The notes under the pieces are model-generated. The model was not told where the DNA came from. It saw only the letters and a program-made list of their open reading frames with translations, and did no database searches. The position numbers and the translations under genes are program-made. This document shows, piece by piece, positions 50,726-60,636 of a DNA stretch of 64,000 bases. This DNA comes from an uncultured Candidatus Peribacteria bacterium (GTDB lineage: Bacteria; Patescibacteriota; Gracilibacteria; Peribacterales; Peribacteraceae). The stretch's first letter is position 1; the number at the start of each line of letters is the position of its first letter. The DNA lies in the NCBI GenBank assembly GCA_964641555.1, contig CAZXKA010000002.1, forward strand, positions 10,033 through 74,032, written 5' to 3'.

Positions 50726-52043
50726 GGCCTTTGTGCTTCTCGATCTGGTACCACAGGTACAGGTACGGCGTGTTGCTGTTGGCGTATACGATGAGCACGG
50801 CCATGCACATGGCGATGAGCGGAGAGAGAGCCGACGACAGCGAGAAGAACACGATCAATGCGACCGCGATGCCGAAAAGGTTCGCAAGAATGCTCACGTG
50901 CATCTTCTTGAAGAGACGCAATAGCGGCACGGCGACCACTTGGAGCGATGCGAAGAGGTTGGTCGGCAGGAGGAGCAGGAAGGCCGGGATCGCACCGACG
51001 AAGGCCGTTCCGTAGACGTACGGTAGCAGCGGCGGGACGAAGATCGCGGCGCCGATGATGGCCAGGAGATGCAGGCCGAACGATCCCGCCATCAGCTGGA
51101 TGCACGCGCGCTTCAACGACTTCCGATCGAGCGTCGTGAGCCGAGGGATCGCGACGTTCGCCATGCGTGAGATGCTGGGCATGACGAGCGAGCGCGGGAG
51201 TTCGGCCAATCGCAGCGCGAGTCGGAAGAGGCCGACGATTTCGAGCGAGGCGACGGCGTTCAGAACCATGAAGAAGGCATTCGGATAGATATTATTGGCG
51301 ATGCTGCGATCCACCGAAATCCAGAATCCTTGTTTCCAGTATGTGCCGGTGTGTTGACGGAGTATCGAGGGTACGAGCGATTCGAGCGACGGGAATCCGA
51401 GCGCGACGCGCGCCCTGCGGTACAAAAGAAGACACAGGGGTACGTAGAGAAGCGAAATGAAGAGCTGACCGAGGAGGATCCCTTCGACGCCGAGCCCGAG
51501 GACGAGGAAGAGCGTGCCGAGGGCAACTTGGAGGATCGATCGCGCGTTCTCGAGGAGCGCCATCGTGCCGATCCGTTTGTTGAGCTGCAGACTAAGGAAC
51601 AGGAGCACGGCGGGCCACTGGAGCGCGGCGTTGAGGATCGCGAGCCGGGCGATTTCTCCGGCCCGTGCGTCGCCTTGGAGCAGATCGGCGAGCAGGGGCG
51701 CGGCGAGAATCAGGAGCAGGTAGATGACCGTCGTGACGGCCGACACTTGCAGGAAGTAGATGAGGACCGACCGGATGTCCCGGGCGTTCTTCCGCGCGGC
51801 GGCCTCGGAGAGGAAGGTTGTCAGCGTGATCTCCTGCCCGAGCGATGCGACGATCGTCACGATCCCCGCGAACGCGACGACGACGGCGTAGTACCCGTAC
51901 TGCTCGAGCCCGAGCAGTCGCGAGAAGAGAATGGACGACGCGAGCCCGGTGGCCATCGTGACGACGCTGCCGACTTGGAGCTTGGCGAGACCTTGAACGA
52001 AGGGTCGGTGGAGGAGCGCGGTGAGGGCGGAGGGGGTGCGCAT
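50700..52043 (-). CDS. Wzx-like polysaccharide/oligosaccharide flippase (MOP superfamily)
   Basis: About 12-14 TM helices with the typical flippase layout. There are three in-frame ATG candidates (52070, 52058, 52043). The non-overlapping one is listed. Confidence 0.7.
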   Translation of the reverse strand: MRTPSALTALLHRPFVQGLAKLQVGSVVTMATGLASSILFSRLLGLEQYGYYAVVVAFAGIVTIVASLGQEITLTTFLSEAAARKNARDIRSVLIYFLQVSAVTTVIYLLLILAAPLLADLLQGDARAGEIARLAILNAALQWPAVLLFLSLQLNKRIGTMALLENARSILQVALGTLFLVLGLGVEGILLGQLFISLLYVPLCLLLYRRARVALGFPSLESLVPSILRQHTGTYWKQGFWISVDRSIANNIYPNAFFMVLNAVASLEIVGLFRLALRLAELPRSLVMPSISRMANVAIPRLTTLDRKSLKRACIQLMAGSFGLHLLAIIGAAIFVPPLLPYVYGTAFVGAIPAFLLLLPTNLFASLQVVAVPLLRLFKKMHVSILANLFGIAVALIVFFSLSSALSPLIAMCMAVLIVYANSNTPYLYLWYQIEKHKGLKPSSPAA

Positions 52044-52047
52044 GCGG

Positions 52048-53862
52048 TCAGGCAGCATCGTACACGGCATCGAACCAGTGGCTCAGCTGGATGATGCTCG
52101 AGAGCGTGTGCAGGTGGTAGCCGCGTTTGTCCGTGTGTTCGCTCGCGATCCGACGCAGCGCGTCGATGTCGAAGAAGTCTTTCATGCGCGGTTGTTCCAG
52201 CGCTTCGTCGATGAGGGGAGCGGCTTCGCGGCGCAGCCACTTGGCGACCGGCGGGTAGAAGCTCGCTTTCGGGAGCGTGAAGAGGTGTTCGGGCAGAATG
52301 CCGCGGTAGGTGTCTTTCAGCAGGCGTTTCGTGCGCTTGAATCCGACGTGCCAGTTGCCCGGCGTTGCATGGGAGAACGCGATCACGCGCGGGTCGAGGA
52401 ACGGGATGCGCGCCTCCAAGCCGTTGCCGAGTCCGACGCCGTCGATGAGGCGCAGCGATTCGGACACGAGCCACGTATGGCGGTCGAACTCCATGAAGTC
52501 GCGCAGCGGGTCGTCGGTGTGCGGATAGCATTCCGCGAAGAGTTGTCGCGTCGCGGATCCGTCGAACCACGTGCCTCGGGCATAGGAGCAGATTTCGTCG
52601 GCCGGGCGCGCGAGCAGCCGTTCCGCAAGCGCCGCTCCGGGTAACATGCGCAGAACGTCCGCCGGTTGACCCGCGAAGGATCCGGCCAGACCGCGCAGCG
52701 CAGGCGGAACTAAGCGCAGGGCGTGGAGGATCTTGGTCACCCGATAGCGAGGATACCCGCCGAAGAGTTCGTCGCCTCCCGCTCCCGTGAGCGCGACGTC
52801 GACCGTGCGCTTCGCGACCTTGGCGAGCAGGAATTGCGCGACCGAGACCGTGTCGGCGTTCGGCTGCCCGAGCGACCGGACGGTATCGCGGTACAGCGAG
52901 CGTTGGTCGTCCGCCGTCAGGAGGATCTCCGTATGATTCGTGCCGTAGTGCTTTGCCGTGAGGGCCGCGAGATCGGCATCGGCGTTGAATCGGTCGGCGC
53001 CTTCTTCCTTCGTCGCGTCGAACCGGATCGTGAACGTGTTCACCGGACCGCTCGTGGATGCCGCCGCATGGTGCAGGACGATCGACGAATCCATCCCCCC
53101 GCTCAAGAACACGCCCACGGGCTTATCGGAGAGGAGGTGATCGGTGATGACTTGCTGCATCAGCGCCGGGAATCGTTCGCGGAATTCCCGCGGCGATGAC
53201 ACGGAATCGGACACCGCGTTCGATCGAAACGCGGATGCGGTAATCGTGCCATTGTTCCAACTGAGCGTCGTGCCCGGCGCCAATGCCTCGATCCCGTCGC
53301 AGAGCGTTTCGGGCTCGGGGACGTACTGGAGGCGCATGTAGCGCGAGAGCGAGCGCAGGTTCAGCGCGGGTTTCGTCTCGAACGATCGGAGGATCGCCGG
53401 CATCTCGGAGGCGAATCGCAGCTCGCCGGCGACCGTCGACACGTAGAGCGGGTTGATGCCGGATGGGTCTCGGGCAAGGTGCCACGATCGATCGCGCGTG
53501 TCGTAGATCCCGAACGCGAACATCCCCCGCAGCCGCGGCAGGAACGCGAGACCGTGGCGTTCGTAGAGTTTCAGCAGCACTTCGGTATCCGTGTTCGTGC
53601 GGCACTCGAATCGTTCCTGCTCACGCAGCTCGCGGTAGTTGAAAATCTCGCCGTTGAAGACGATCGCGATCGTCCGGTCCGCGTTCCACATCGGTTGGTC
53701 GCCGATCGGGCGCGGATCCAAGATTGCCAGGCGAGCGTGTCCGAGCGAGGCGCCGCTCTCGACGGCGACATGGTCGCCGTCCGGTCCGCGGTGGCGTAGC
53801 GCACGCGTCATCGCCGCGATCTCCTCGCGGCGTTCTCCCGATAGTCCGGCGATCCCGCACAT
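52048..53862 (-). CDS. Asparagine synthase (glutamine-hydrolysing) family amidotransferase, copy 2
   Basis: MCGIAG nucleophile, FLSGGMDSSIV PP-loop. TATACT (53875-53870) lies 7 nt upstream of the ATG. Confidence 0.88.
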   Translation of the reverse strand: MCGIAGLSGERREEIAAMTRALRHRGPDGDHVAVESGASLGHARLAILDPRPIGDQPMWNADRTIAIVFNGEIFNYRELREQERFECRTNTDTEVLLKLYERHGLAFLPRLRGMFAFGIYDTRDRSWHLARDPSGINPLYVSTVAGELRFASEMPAILRSFETKPALNLRSLSRYMRLQYVPEPETLCDGIEALAPGTTLSWNNGTITASAFRSNAVSDSVSSPREFRERFPALMQQVITDHLLSDKPVGVFLSGGMDSSIVLHHAAASTSGPVNTFTIRFDATKEEGADRFNADADLAALTAKHYGTNHTEILLTADDQRSLYRDTVRSLGQPNADTVSVAQFLLAKVAKRTVDVALTGAGGDELFGGYPRYRVTKILHALRLVPPALRGLAGSFAGQPADVLRMLPGAALAERLLARPADEICSYARGTWFDGSATRQLFAECYPHTDDPLRDFMEFDRHTWLVSESLRLIDGVGLGNGLEARIPFLDPRVIAFSHATPGNWHVGFKRTKRLLKDTYRGILPEHLFTLPKASFYPPVAKWLRREAAPLIDEALEQPRMKDFFDIDALRRIASEHTDKRGYHLHTLSSIIQLSHWFDAVYDAA

Positions 53863-53899
53863 GCCGGGGAGTATACCTGCCTGCCGCCGGGCATGTAGG

Positions 53900-56023
53900 A
53901 TGGCCGCGATGCGTTGGTTGTCGTTCTTCCGCCGTCCAAAACACCCGTTTCATGCGCTGGCGACAGAGCCGGCGTACGGCATGCTTCTCGTGGCGATCCA
54001 TGCGTTCGTCACGGCACTGGTAGTCGTTCCATTGCTGTTTCCCGAGCTGGATTTCTGGCGAAATCTCTCACCGAACGGAGGCGTGAAGACGTACGTCGGG
54101 CTCGTCGGAGGCATCGGCGGCGCGATCGTGCTCCTGCGGTGGTTCGTGCCGCGCCTATGGCAGCGCGATTGGGGCGTGTACGGCGCGCTCGTTGCGAAAC
54201 TGTGTCTCCTCACAGTGCTTCTTGTTCTGTTCAACACTTCTTCGTTTGTAACAGCGATCATCGTACTTATTGCAAGCATCGCGATCATCCCGACCGCGAT
54301 ATTCGTCCATGCCGATCGCGAACACGCGGTCCGCGTCGCGCTCGCCGTCTTCGCCGCGGCCGCCGCGCTGATCGTCAGTTTCTCAGCGGAAGATTACTTC
54401 GCCTTCCAAGCGGATCGTTTGGTGTTCGCAACCGTGCTTGCGACCGTCGCGCTGTTCGGTAGTACGTATTGGTGGCTGGGGCGTGAGCCGACGCGCTTCC
54501 GCTTCTTCGATGGCGTCGTCGTTCTGTTCTTCATTGCGTTGCCGTTTCTCTCGGCCGGTCGGTGGGACTTGTACCACTACGGATTGATCCTCGGTCCGGT
54601 TCAAGAGCTGCTCCACAACGGTCGTTTGCCGTTCAGCGATCTCCATGCCTACTACGGCACGGGCCTCACGGTCTTCCTTGCCGGATGGTTCTCGCTTCTG
54701 GGTATCGTCTCGGCGGAAGGGCTTCTGCTTCTTCAAAAATTACTGCTCTCCGGTGCGTACGTCGCGTTGTACGCGCTCTGTCGCTCGCTATGGGGTGACC
54801 GCCGCCTCTCGTTCCTCGCGACGTTCGCCACGTTCGCGTTCTACGGTGCATTCCTCGGTCCTGTCGCGTACGAAACGCCCTCGAGCGGAATGCTCCGCTA
54901 CGGCTGGATGGTCGTCGTCCTGTTGCTCCTCACGCTTCGACAGAGACGACCGATGGCATGGCTGTGGGTCGATATATTCATCGCTTTCATCTGCGCGATC
55001 GCGACGCTGTGGTCGTCCGATAACGTGCTCTACACGGTCGTGCCCGTCTTCGCGTTGCTCGTGCTCGGATGGGAATGGCGGCGATTGGGGATCACGTTAG
55101 GCGCGTACGTTGGATTCTCTGTTGTGCTGCTATTTTTTCTCAGCGCACCAGCGTTACTGGCGGGAGAGCGCATCCACTTCTCGCTCTACAGCGAATACCA
55201 AGCGGTACACGCCGCGGGATTCGGCGGGGGCATCATCGCGCTGCGCGATCTCTTCTGGCTCTTACCGGCGTTCATGGGTCTGGGATTCGCTCTCCGTCGT
55301 GCCGATCGCCCCCAAGATGAGCGCGTCACGCTTCTCGCGCTGTGGTGTCTCGCGACGCTGTCGTATTTCGTGTGGCACGGCCACTGGAAAGTCCTGCCGT
55401 CTGTCTCGTTTGCGTTCGTCGTTCTGGCCATCGCTGGCGCTCGTCTCCTTCCGCAAGCACTATCGCGGATCGTGTCATCGGTCATCGTGGCCGTTTTTCT
55501 TTCATCGCTGTATCTGCCGGCGGCCCATCTGTTGTCCGGTCGCGATGCCGTTCTTGCATCAGCGGGCGACCGGTCGCTCTTGATGTCGAATGCACCGTGG
55601 ATGCACGACGAATTCCGGCGGCGCCGCTGTTCCGACGATGTCTTGGCGCTTCGGCCGTACGTCGAGAGCGGCGGCCTCGCGCTCCTGTTGGATCGGCATG
55701 ATGCGTACAACATTTACGTCTGTCTCGGTACCGGGAACGCGTTCAACATCGATCCGACGCAGGCGTTGGAATTTCCCGGGATCGGCGATGCGCTGTTGGA
55801 GAACGTACGCACAACGCGTACGCAGTATCTTCTCGTCGGCGATCCGAGTGTGCCGTTTATCGCTCATGCTGCGGATCGTCTCAGCCCGATCATCGGCAGT
55901 CGCACGATGCGCGTCGTTCCGACCCAGAAGCTCGATGCGTTGATCGAAGAACTGTCGCTGCGTCCCATCGATACGATCGAGGTCTACGGCGAACCCCTGA
56001 CGATCTACCGCCGCTTGCCATGA
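53900..56023 (+). CDS. Polytopic membrane protein (about 708 aa), GT-C-like candidate
   Basis: The real part of ORF 53639..56023. ATG 53900, or 53909 (MRWLSFFRRP). Many TM helices and a soluble C-terminal domain. Confidence 0.65.
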   Translation: MAAMRWLSFFRRPKHPFHALATEPAYGMLLVAIHAFVTALVVVPLLFPELDFWRNLSPNGGVKTYVGLVGGIGGAIVLLRWFVPRLWQRDWGVYGALVAKLCLLTVLLVLFNTSSFVTAIIVLIASIAIIPTAIFVHADREHAVRVALAVFAAAAALIVSFSAEDYFAFQADRLVFATVLATVALFGSTYWWLGREPTRFRFFDGVVVLFFIALPFLSAGRWDLYHYGLILGPVQELLHNGRLPFSDLHAYYGTGLTVFLAGWFSLLGIVSAEGLLLLQKLLLSGAYVALYALCRSLWGDRRLSFLATFATFAFYGAFLGPVAYETPSSGMLRYGWMVVVLLLLTLRQRRPMAWLWVDIFIAFICAIATLWSSDNVLYTVVPVFALLVLGWEWRRLGITLGAYVGFSVVLLFFLSAPALLAGERIHFSLYSEYQAVHAAGFGGGIIALRDLFWLLPAFMGLGFALRRADRPQDERVTLLALWCLATLSYFVWHGHWKVLPSVSFAFVVLAIAGARLLPQALSRIVSSVIVAVFLSSLYLPAAHLLSGRDAVLASAGDRSLLMSNAPWMHDEFRRRRCSDDVLALRPYVESGGLALLLDRHDAYNIYVCLGTGNAFNIDPTQALEFPGIGDALLENVRTTRTQYLLVGDPSVPFIAHAADRLSPIIGSRTMRVVPTQKLDALIEELSLRPIDTIEVYGEPLTIYRRLP

Positions 56024-57876
56024 GTATCGCGCTGCTCTTGTCGCTCATCGGGACGGGCATGCTTCTTGGTCGCATACTGCATTTCCAACGATGGGCCTTC
56101 TGGGGAATGGCGTGCGTCGGCGGCATGGCGACGTTCATGGTGCTGGCGAACGCACTCGGATACGTCTTCCCGATAGATGTCGCATTCTGGATTACGGCGA
56201 TCGTGCATATCGTCGCCGGCATCGCCGGATTCTGGCTGCTTCTCCGTCGAGAACGGGAGGTAATGGATCGACCGACGATCGTCCTCGGCATCGCCGCCGC
56301 CGTCTGTGCGTTTGCGGTCATCCGCACGCTCGGGAGCGACCCGTGGTTTTGGGCCCAGTACCCGCTCGCCGCGACGATCGCCGAAGGAAACCTGGGGCCG
56401 GTGCGCGAAGTAGGATACCCGGATCACGTCGCCGCGTACCACTACGGACCCCAGCTCTTGGCCGGTGCCTGGTTCGCGCTGGCGGAGTTGCCGCTCGAAT
56501 TCGGCTTCGCGCTCCAGGCGATCCTCGGCGTCTTTGGATGTCTCTTCTTCGCCGCGGAGCTCGCGCGGATGAGCGGCATGCGTTCGTGGAGATCGATCGT
56601 GCTGGCGGTGCTGGCGTTGGCCGGCGGGGGAGTCCTGTGGCTCCATGGAGGGCTCGTCGTATCCGACATACTGCGCGACGACGTTTCGCCGTTCCGCTCG
56701 ATCGTGTTCCTGTTTCGCAGCAACGTGACGAACGCGCTCCTGCCGATGTTCGAGCAGCGGACGACGGCGCTCGGGTACCCGCTGCTCTTCGGTCTGGCGC
56801 TCGCGTTCGCAGCCTCGCTGCGCGAATCCAAAAGCCGTTTCGCGGTTTTCTGCATGACCGGTGCGGTGCTCGGCGCGGCGCTCGCGTTGACGATGGAAAC
56901 GGGATTGTTGCTCTTCGGTCTCGCGGCCGGACTGTGGGGCGTCCTGCTGCATCTTCGGCGCGCAACGCGGCGGGATGGCATCCACGTGTTGCTCGCGTGC
57001 GTGTGCATGCTGCTGCCGGCACTCTTCATCGCCCTCGTACAGGGTGGCGTCCTCTCCCATCTTGGTGCCGAGAACGACGCCGGCGCGTTGTCGGTCGATC
57101 CATCGTTCGGTGTTCCCATCGGGCGCGACGGAACGCGGCTGGCGCTCTGGTCGCCGACGGTGCTCATCGCGTTCGGTCTGCCGATCCTGCTGCTGCCGTG
57201 GACCGCGTGGGTCGCGCGGAAAGAAACCGGATCGCCGCTCCAACTCGTTGCGATTCTCACGATCGTCCATCTGCTCTTCCCGTTCGTCGTTTCGTTTGAT
57301 GAACGTCCGTCCGAGATGGTCCGGCTCCTCTACGGCGCGACGTCGTTCGGCGCATTCCTCGCAGGGTGGCGGTTCCTCATGAAGCCACAGAGATGGGCGT
57401 ATCTCGGTATCGGCGCCATGGTGCTTTCGAGCATTGTCTACGTCAGCGTTCGACTGACGTTACCGCGCTTACGCGCCGAGATTCCGCCGCTCATCGAACG
57501 TCTTCCAGCTTCTACCGTAGCCGAGCACGAGCTCTACGCATGGATCAGAGAGCATACGACGATCGCCGACCGCTTCTACGTCCGTAGCCAAGAGCTCGGG
57601 CCGGAGTTTTTGGAGGAAGATCTGCAGGACATCATCCTGTTCATGACGCGCACCGGGCGATTCGCTGTTGCCGATTACCACGTCGATACCTTTCCCGAAG
57701 AGAAGATTCCACTGCTTCGATCGATCGAAGAACGGTGTGACGGTGACGCGTTCCGGTCGCTCGGCATCCGCTATCTCGTCGTCTTGAACGACGAACGCGC
57801 CGCGTGGTTCGCATCCACATGCGATCGAACGCAATGGGACGCTCTTTCTTCCCGGCTCTATCATCTCATCGACTGA
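56020..57876 (+). CDS. Polytopic membrane protein (618 aa), GT-C-like candidate
   Basis: ATGA overlap with the upstream gene. The C-terminal domain carries YLVVLNDERAAWF, related to the motif in the proteins at 10346, 35869 and 37481. Confidence 0.65.
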   Translation: MSIALLLSLIGTGMLLGRILHFQRWAFWGMACVGGMATFMVLANALGYVFPIDVAFWITAIVHIVAGIAGFWLLLRREREVMDRPTIVLGIAAAVCAFAVIRTLGSDPWFWAQYPLAATIAEGNLGPVREVGYPDHVAAYHYGPQLLAGAWFALAELPLEFGFALQAILGVFGCLFFAAELARMSGMRSWRSIVLAVLALAGGGVLWLHGGLVVSDILRDDVSPFRSIVFLFRSNVTNALLPMFEQRTTALGYPLLFGLALAFAASLRESKSRFAVFCMTGAVLGAALALTMETGLLLFGLAAGLWGVLLHLRRATRRDGIHVLLACVCMLLPALFIALVQGGVLSHLGAENDAGALSVDPSFGVPIGRDGTRLALWSPTVLIAFGLPILLLPWTAWVARKETGSPLQLVAILTIVHLLFPFVVSFDERPSEMVRLLYGATSFGAFLAGWRFLMKPQRWAYLGIGAMVLSSIVYVSVRLTLPRLRAEIPPLIERLPASTVAEHELYAWIREHTTIADRFYVRSQELGPEFLEEDLQDIILFMTRTGRFAVADYHVDTFPEEKIPLLRSIEERCDGDAFRSLGIRYLVVLNDERAAWFASTCDRTQWDALSSRLYHLID

Positions 57877-58561
57877 GCGCGCGCAGTTGCCGAAACAGCG
57901 TCCGGCCGTGCTTCGAGAACACGCCCGGCTTCACGCTCGGCGTGCCGCCGGTGCGATCGAGGAACACGATCGGCACCCAGAAGATTCCCGTGGTGCGTTT
58001 CTGCAGCACCGCCAAGAGAATATTCGCGAGATGGAAATCCGTCGGAATACGATTGAGCAGCGGCTTCAGCGCATCCGCGCGCATCAAGCGATATGGGACG
58101 TTTGGATCCAAAATCCAGGTGCCGGTGGCGACGAGCACAACGGCGCTGACGACGCGAGAAATCAAAAACCGCAGAAGACCGTCTTTCCGCCACCACCGAA
58201 GCCCGTAGAGCACCGGCGAGCGATCGCGCGCATGCCAGAACCGCTCGATGTATCGCGGATCGCACTGACCGTCCGAATCGATCTGCAATACCCACTGAAA
58301 CCCCGCATCGCACGCGCGGCGGTAGCCTTCGATGCATGTTTGCCCGTGGCCGCTATTGGGCTTATCGACCACTTCGACATGCGTATCGTTCTCGGCGAAC
58401 CGTCGCAGGACCGCCAGCGTCCTGTCTTTCGATCCGTCGTTGAGAGCGAAAATGCGGTAATCGATGCCGAGCTTGCTGAGCGCCGCGCTCCACTCGCGGA
58501 GGACGGCCTCCACGGAGGCCTCCTCGTTGTACACGGGCATCACGACGGCGAGATCACGCAT
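57866..58561 (-). CDS. GT2 family glycosyltransferase translationally coupled to glf (candidate galactofuranosyltransferase)
   Basis: ORF trimmed to ATG 58561. MRDLAVVMPVYNEEASV..ALNDGSKDRT..QIDSDGQCDP. It overlaps the glf 3' end by 8 nt. Confidence 0.8.
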   Translation of the reverse strand: MRDLAVVMPVYNEEASVEAVLREWSAALSKLGIDYRIFALNDGSKDRTLAVLRRFAENDTHVEVVDKPNSGHGQTCIEGYRRACDAGFQWVLQIDSDGQCDPRYIERFWHARDRSPVLYGLRWWRKDGLLRFLISRVVSAVVLVATGTWILDPNVPYRLMRADALKPLLNRIPTDFHLANILLAVLQKRTTGIFWVPIVFLDRTGGTPSVKPGVFSKHGRTLFRQLRALSR

Positions 58562-59675
58562 CGGGATGATCCTGGCTGATACGGTCGAACGTCCGCAAGG
58601 CCTCTTCGAGCGCCTGGTCGGTGTTGATGTAGCGGTAGGTCGCGAGTCGTCCGGCGAAGTACACGTTCTTCGTGCGCGTTTCCTCGTCGGCCATCGCTTT
58701 GTACCGCTCGTAGAGCACGCGGTTTTCCGCAGCGGGAACCGGATAGTACGGATCGCCTTCGGCGCGCGGATATTCCACCGAGATGACAGTGTGCGGATGC
58801 CGCTGCTTCGTCGCGTGCTTGATCTCGACCGTGCGGGTGTAGGGGACGTCGAGGCTCGGTTCGTTGATCTGCACGCACGGCTGGACGTACTCGACCGGAT
58901 GTTCGACGAACTCGAACTCGAGCGAGCGCCATGGAAGCTTGCCCAGGGCGTTCTCGAAATAGGCATCGACCGGTCCGCAGTACACGGTCGCGACGCGGGG
59001 CGCGATCTTCCCGCGCACGGCGGAGTATTCGGTCGAGAGCAGCGTGCGGATGTTCGGATGATCGATCATCGCCGCGAACAGCGCCGTGTACCCCTTCGCC
59101 GGCATCACCTGGAACCCCTGGTCGACGTACCGGTTGTCGCGGTTCATGCGGATCGGGATCCGGCCGCAGACGGAGGGGTCGAGATCGCGCGGGTGGCGGT
59201 CCCACTGCTTGAGCGTGTAGCCGAGATAAAAGGCTTCGTAGAGCTCTTTTCCGACGCGCGAGAGGACGAATTCTTCCGAATTTTTTGGGTCTTTGATGTC
59301 GGCTCGGATTCCCGCCAAAAATGCCTCGGCGCTCTCGGGCGTGAATTCTCGGTGAAAGAACATCTCGAGCGTGTCGAGATTGATCGGAATCGGGTACAGC
59401 GTGTCGCCGATGCGGCTCTTCACGACGTAGTCGCCCGGGATCCAATCGGTGAAGGGCGAGAGGTAGTCGAGGAGTTTCTGGTCGTTCGTCCGAAAGTAGT
59501 GCGGGCCGTACGCATGGATCATGACGCCGCTTTCATGAAATTTGTCGTGGCAGTTGCCGGCCACGTGGTCGCGCTTGTCGACGACGATCGACCTCCAGCC
59601 GCGCCGGGTTGCCGCGCGCTCGGCGATCACGCACCCGACGGGGCCCGCGCCGATGATGAGCAGATCGCACTCCAT
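58554..59675 (-). CDS. glf: UDP-galactopyranose mutase
   Basis: LLIIGAGPVGCVIA, AYGPHYFRTN, YTLKQW, GRLATYRYINTDQA. Confidence 0.9.
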   Translation of the reverse strand: MECDLLIIGAGPVGCVIAERAATRRGWRSIVVDKRDHVAGNCHDKFHESGVMIHAYGPHYFRTNDQKLLDYLSPFTDWIPGDYVVKSRIGDTLYPIPINLDTLEMFFHREFTPESAEAFLAGIRADIKDPKNSEEFVLSRVGKELYEAFYLGYTLKQWDRHPRDLDPSVCGRIPIRMNRDNRYVDQGFQVMPAKGYTALFAAMIDHPNIRTLLSTEYSAVRGKIAPRVATVYCGPVDAYFENALGKLPWRSLEFEFVEHPVEYVQPCVQINEPSLDVPYTRTVEIKHATKQRHPHTVISVEYPRAEGDPYYPVPAAENRVLYERYKAMADEETRTKNVYFAGRLATYRYINTDQALEEALRTFDRISQDHPDA

Positions 59676-59690
59676 CGATGGCAGAGTGCC

Positions 59691-60602
59691 TTAGGTGTTC
59701 GTTTTGTACCACTCCACCGCCTTGCGTACGCCCTCCTCGAATCCGGTTTTGGGCGCGTATCCGAGCAGCGTTTTGGCTTTCGTGATGTCGGCGACGTAGT
59801 GCGTCACCTCGCCCGTGCGGGACTCCTGCAGATCGATCGAGGAATGGCTGCCCAGGAGTTCTTTCACCAAATCCGCGAGCCGCACGATCGTCGTACCCTC
59901 GCCGAACGCCAGGTTGAACGTCTCGCCGTTCGCCTTCTCGTGTTGTTCGAGGATGAGGATGACGCCGCGGATGGCGTCGTCGATGTACGTGAAGTCGAGG
60001 CACTTCTCCTTGCCGAAGATTGTCAGCGGCTCGTTCTTCTGCGCCCGGCGGATGAAGAGGGGCACCACGCGGTTGGAGCCGTCGTACGCGCCGTAGACGT
60101 TCGAGAAGCGGACGATGATCGTCTCCATGTCGTAACAGTGCCGGTACGAATGCACGAGCGCCTCGCCGCCGACTTTGCTCGCGGTGTAGGGGCTCTCGCA
60201 GTTTTCGACGCGCACCAAGTCTTCGGTGTAGCTTTTTACCTTGATGTTGCCGTAGCTCTCGCGCGACGAGGCGAAGATGAACGTTTTCACCTTGTTCTTT
60301 CGGGCCCATTCGAGCGCATTGAAGAGCGTGACGAAGTTATCGAGCGCCTTCGAAGGATCCTCGACGAGGTCGTAGACGCGCGCATTCGCCGCCAGGTGCA
60401 CCACCGCGTCGACGCCGGTCGGGTCCAGCTGGTCCATCGCCGCCGGATCGCGCAAGTCGCCGACCTTCGTGAGCGCGTCGACCGCCGGAATCCATTGGTT
60501 GGGCCGTGCGTCGATGCCCTGCACGGTGTGCCCTTCCGCGAGGAGTTGCTCGCAGAGGCGCGTGCCGATCGTTCCGCCGGAACCTGTGACAACCACGTGC
60601 AT
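59691..60602 (-). CDS. NAD-dependent epimerase (GalE-like extended SDR)
   Basis: VVTGSGGTIGTRL and YTASKVGGE. CACAAT lies 8 nt upstream of the ATG. Confidence 0.85.
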   Translation of the reverse strand: MHVVVTGSGGTIGTRLCEQLLAEGHTVQGIDARPNQWIPAVDALTKVGDLRDPAAMDQLDPTGVDAVVHLAANARVYDLVEDPSKALDNFVTLFNALEWARKNKVKTFIFASSRESYGNIKVKSYTEDLVRVENCESPYTASKVGGEALVHSYRHCYDMETIIVRFSNVYGAYDGSNRVVPLFIRRAQKNEPLTIFGKEKCLDFTYIDDAIRGVILILEQHEKANGETFNLAFGEGTTIVRLADLVKELLGSHSSIDLQESRTGEVTHYVADITKAKTLLGYAPKTGFEEGVRKAVEWYKTNT

Positions 60603-60636
60603 GGGCCAGCATTGTGCAGACCGCGCCCCGGATTGT

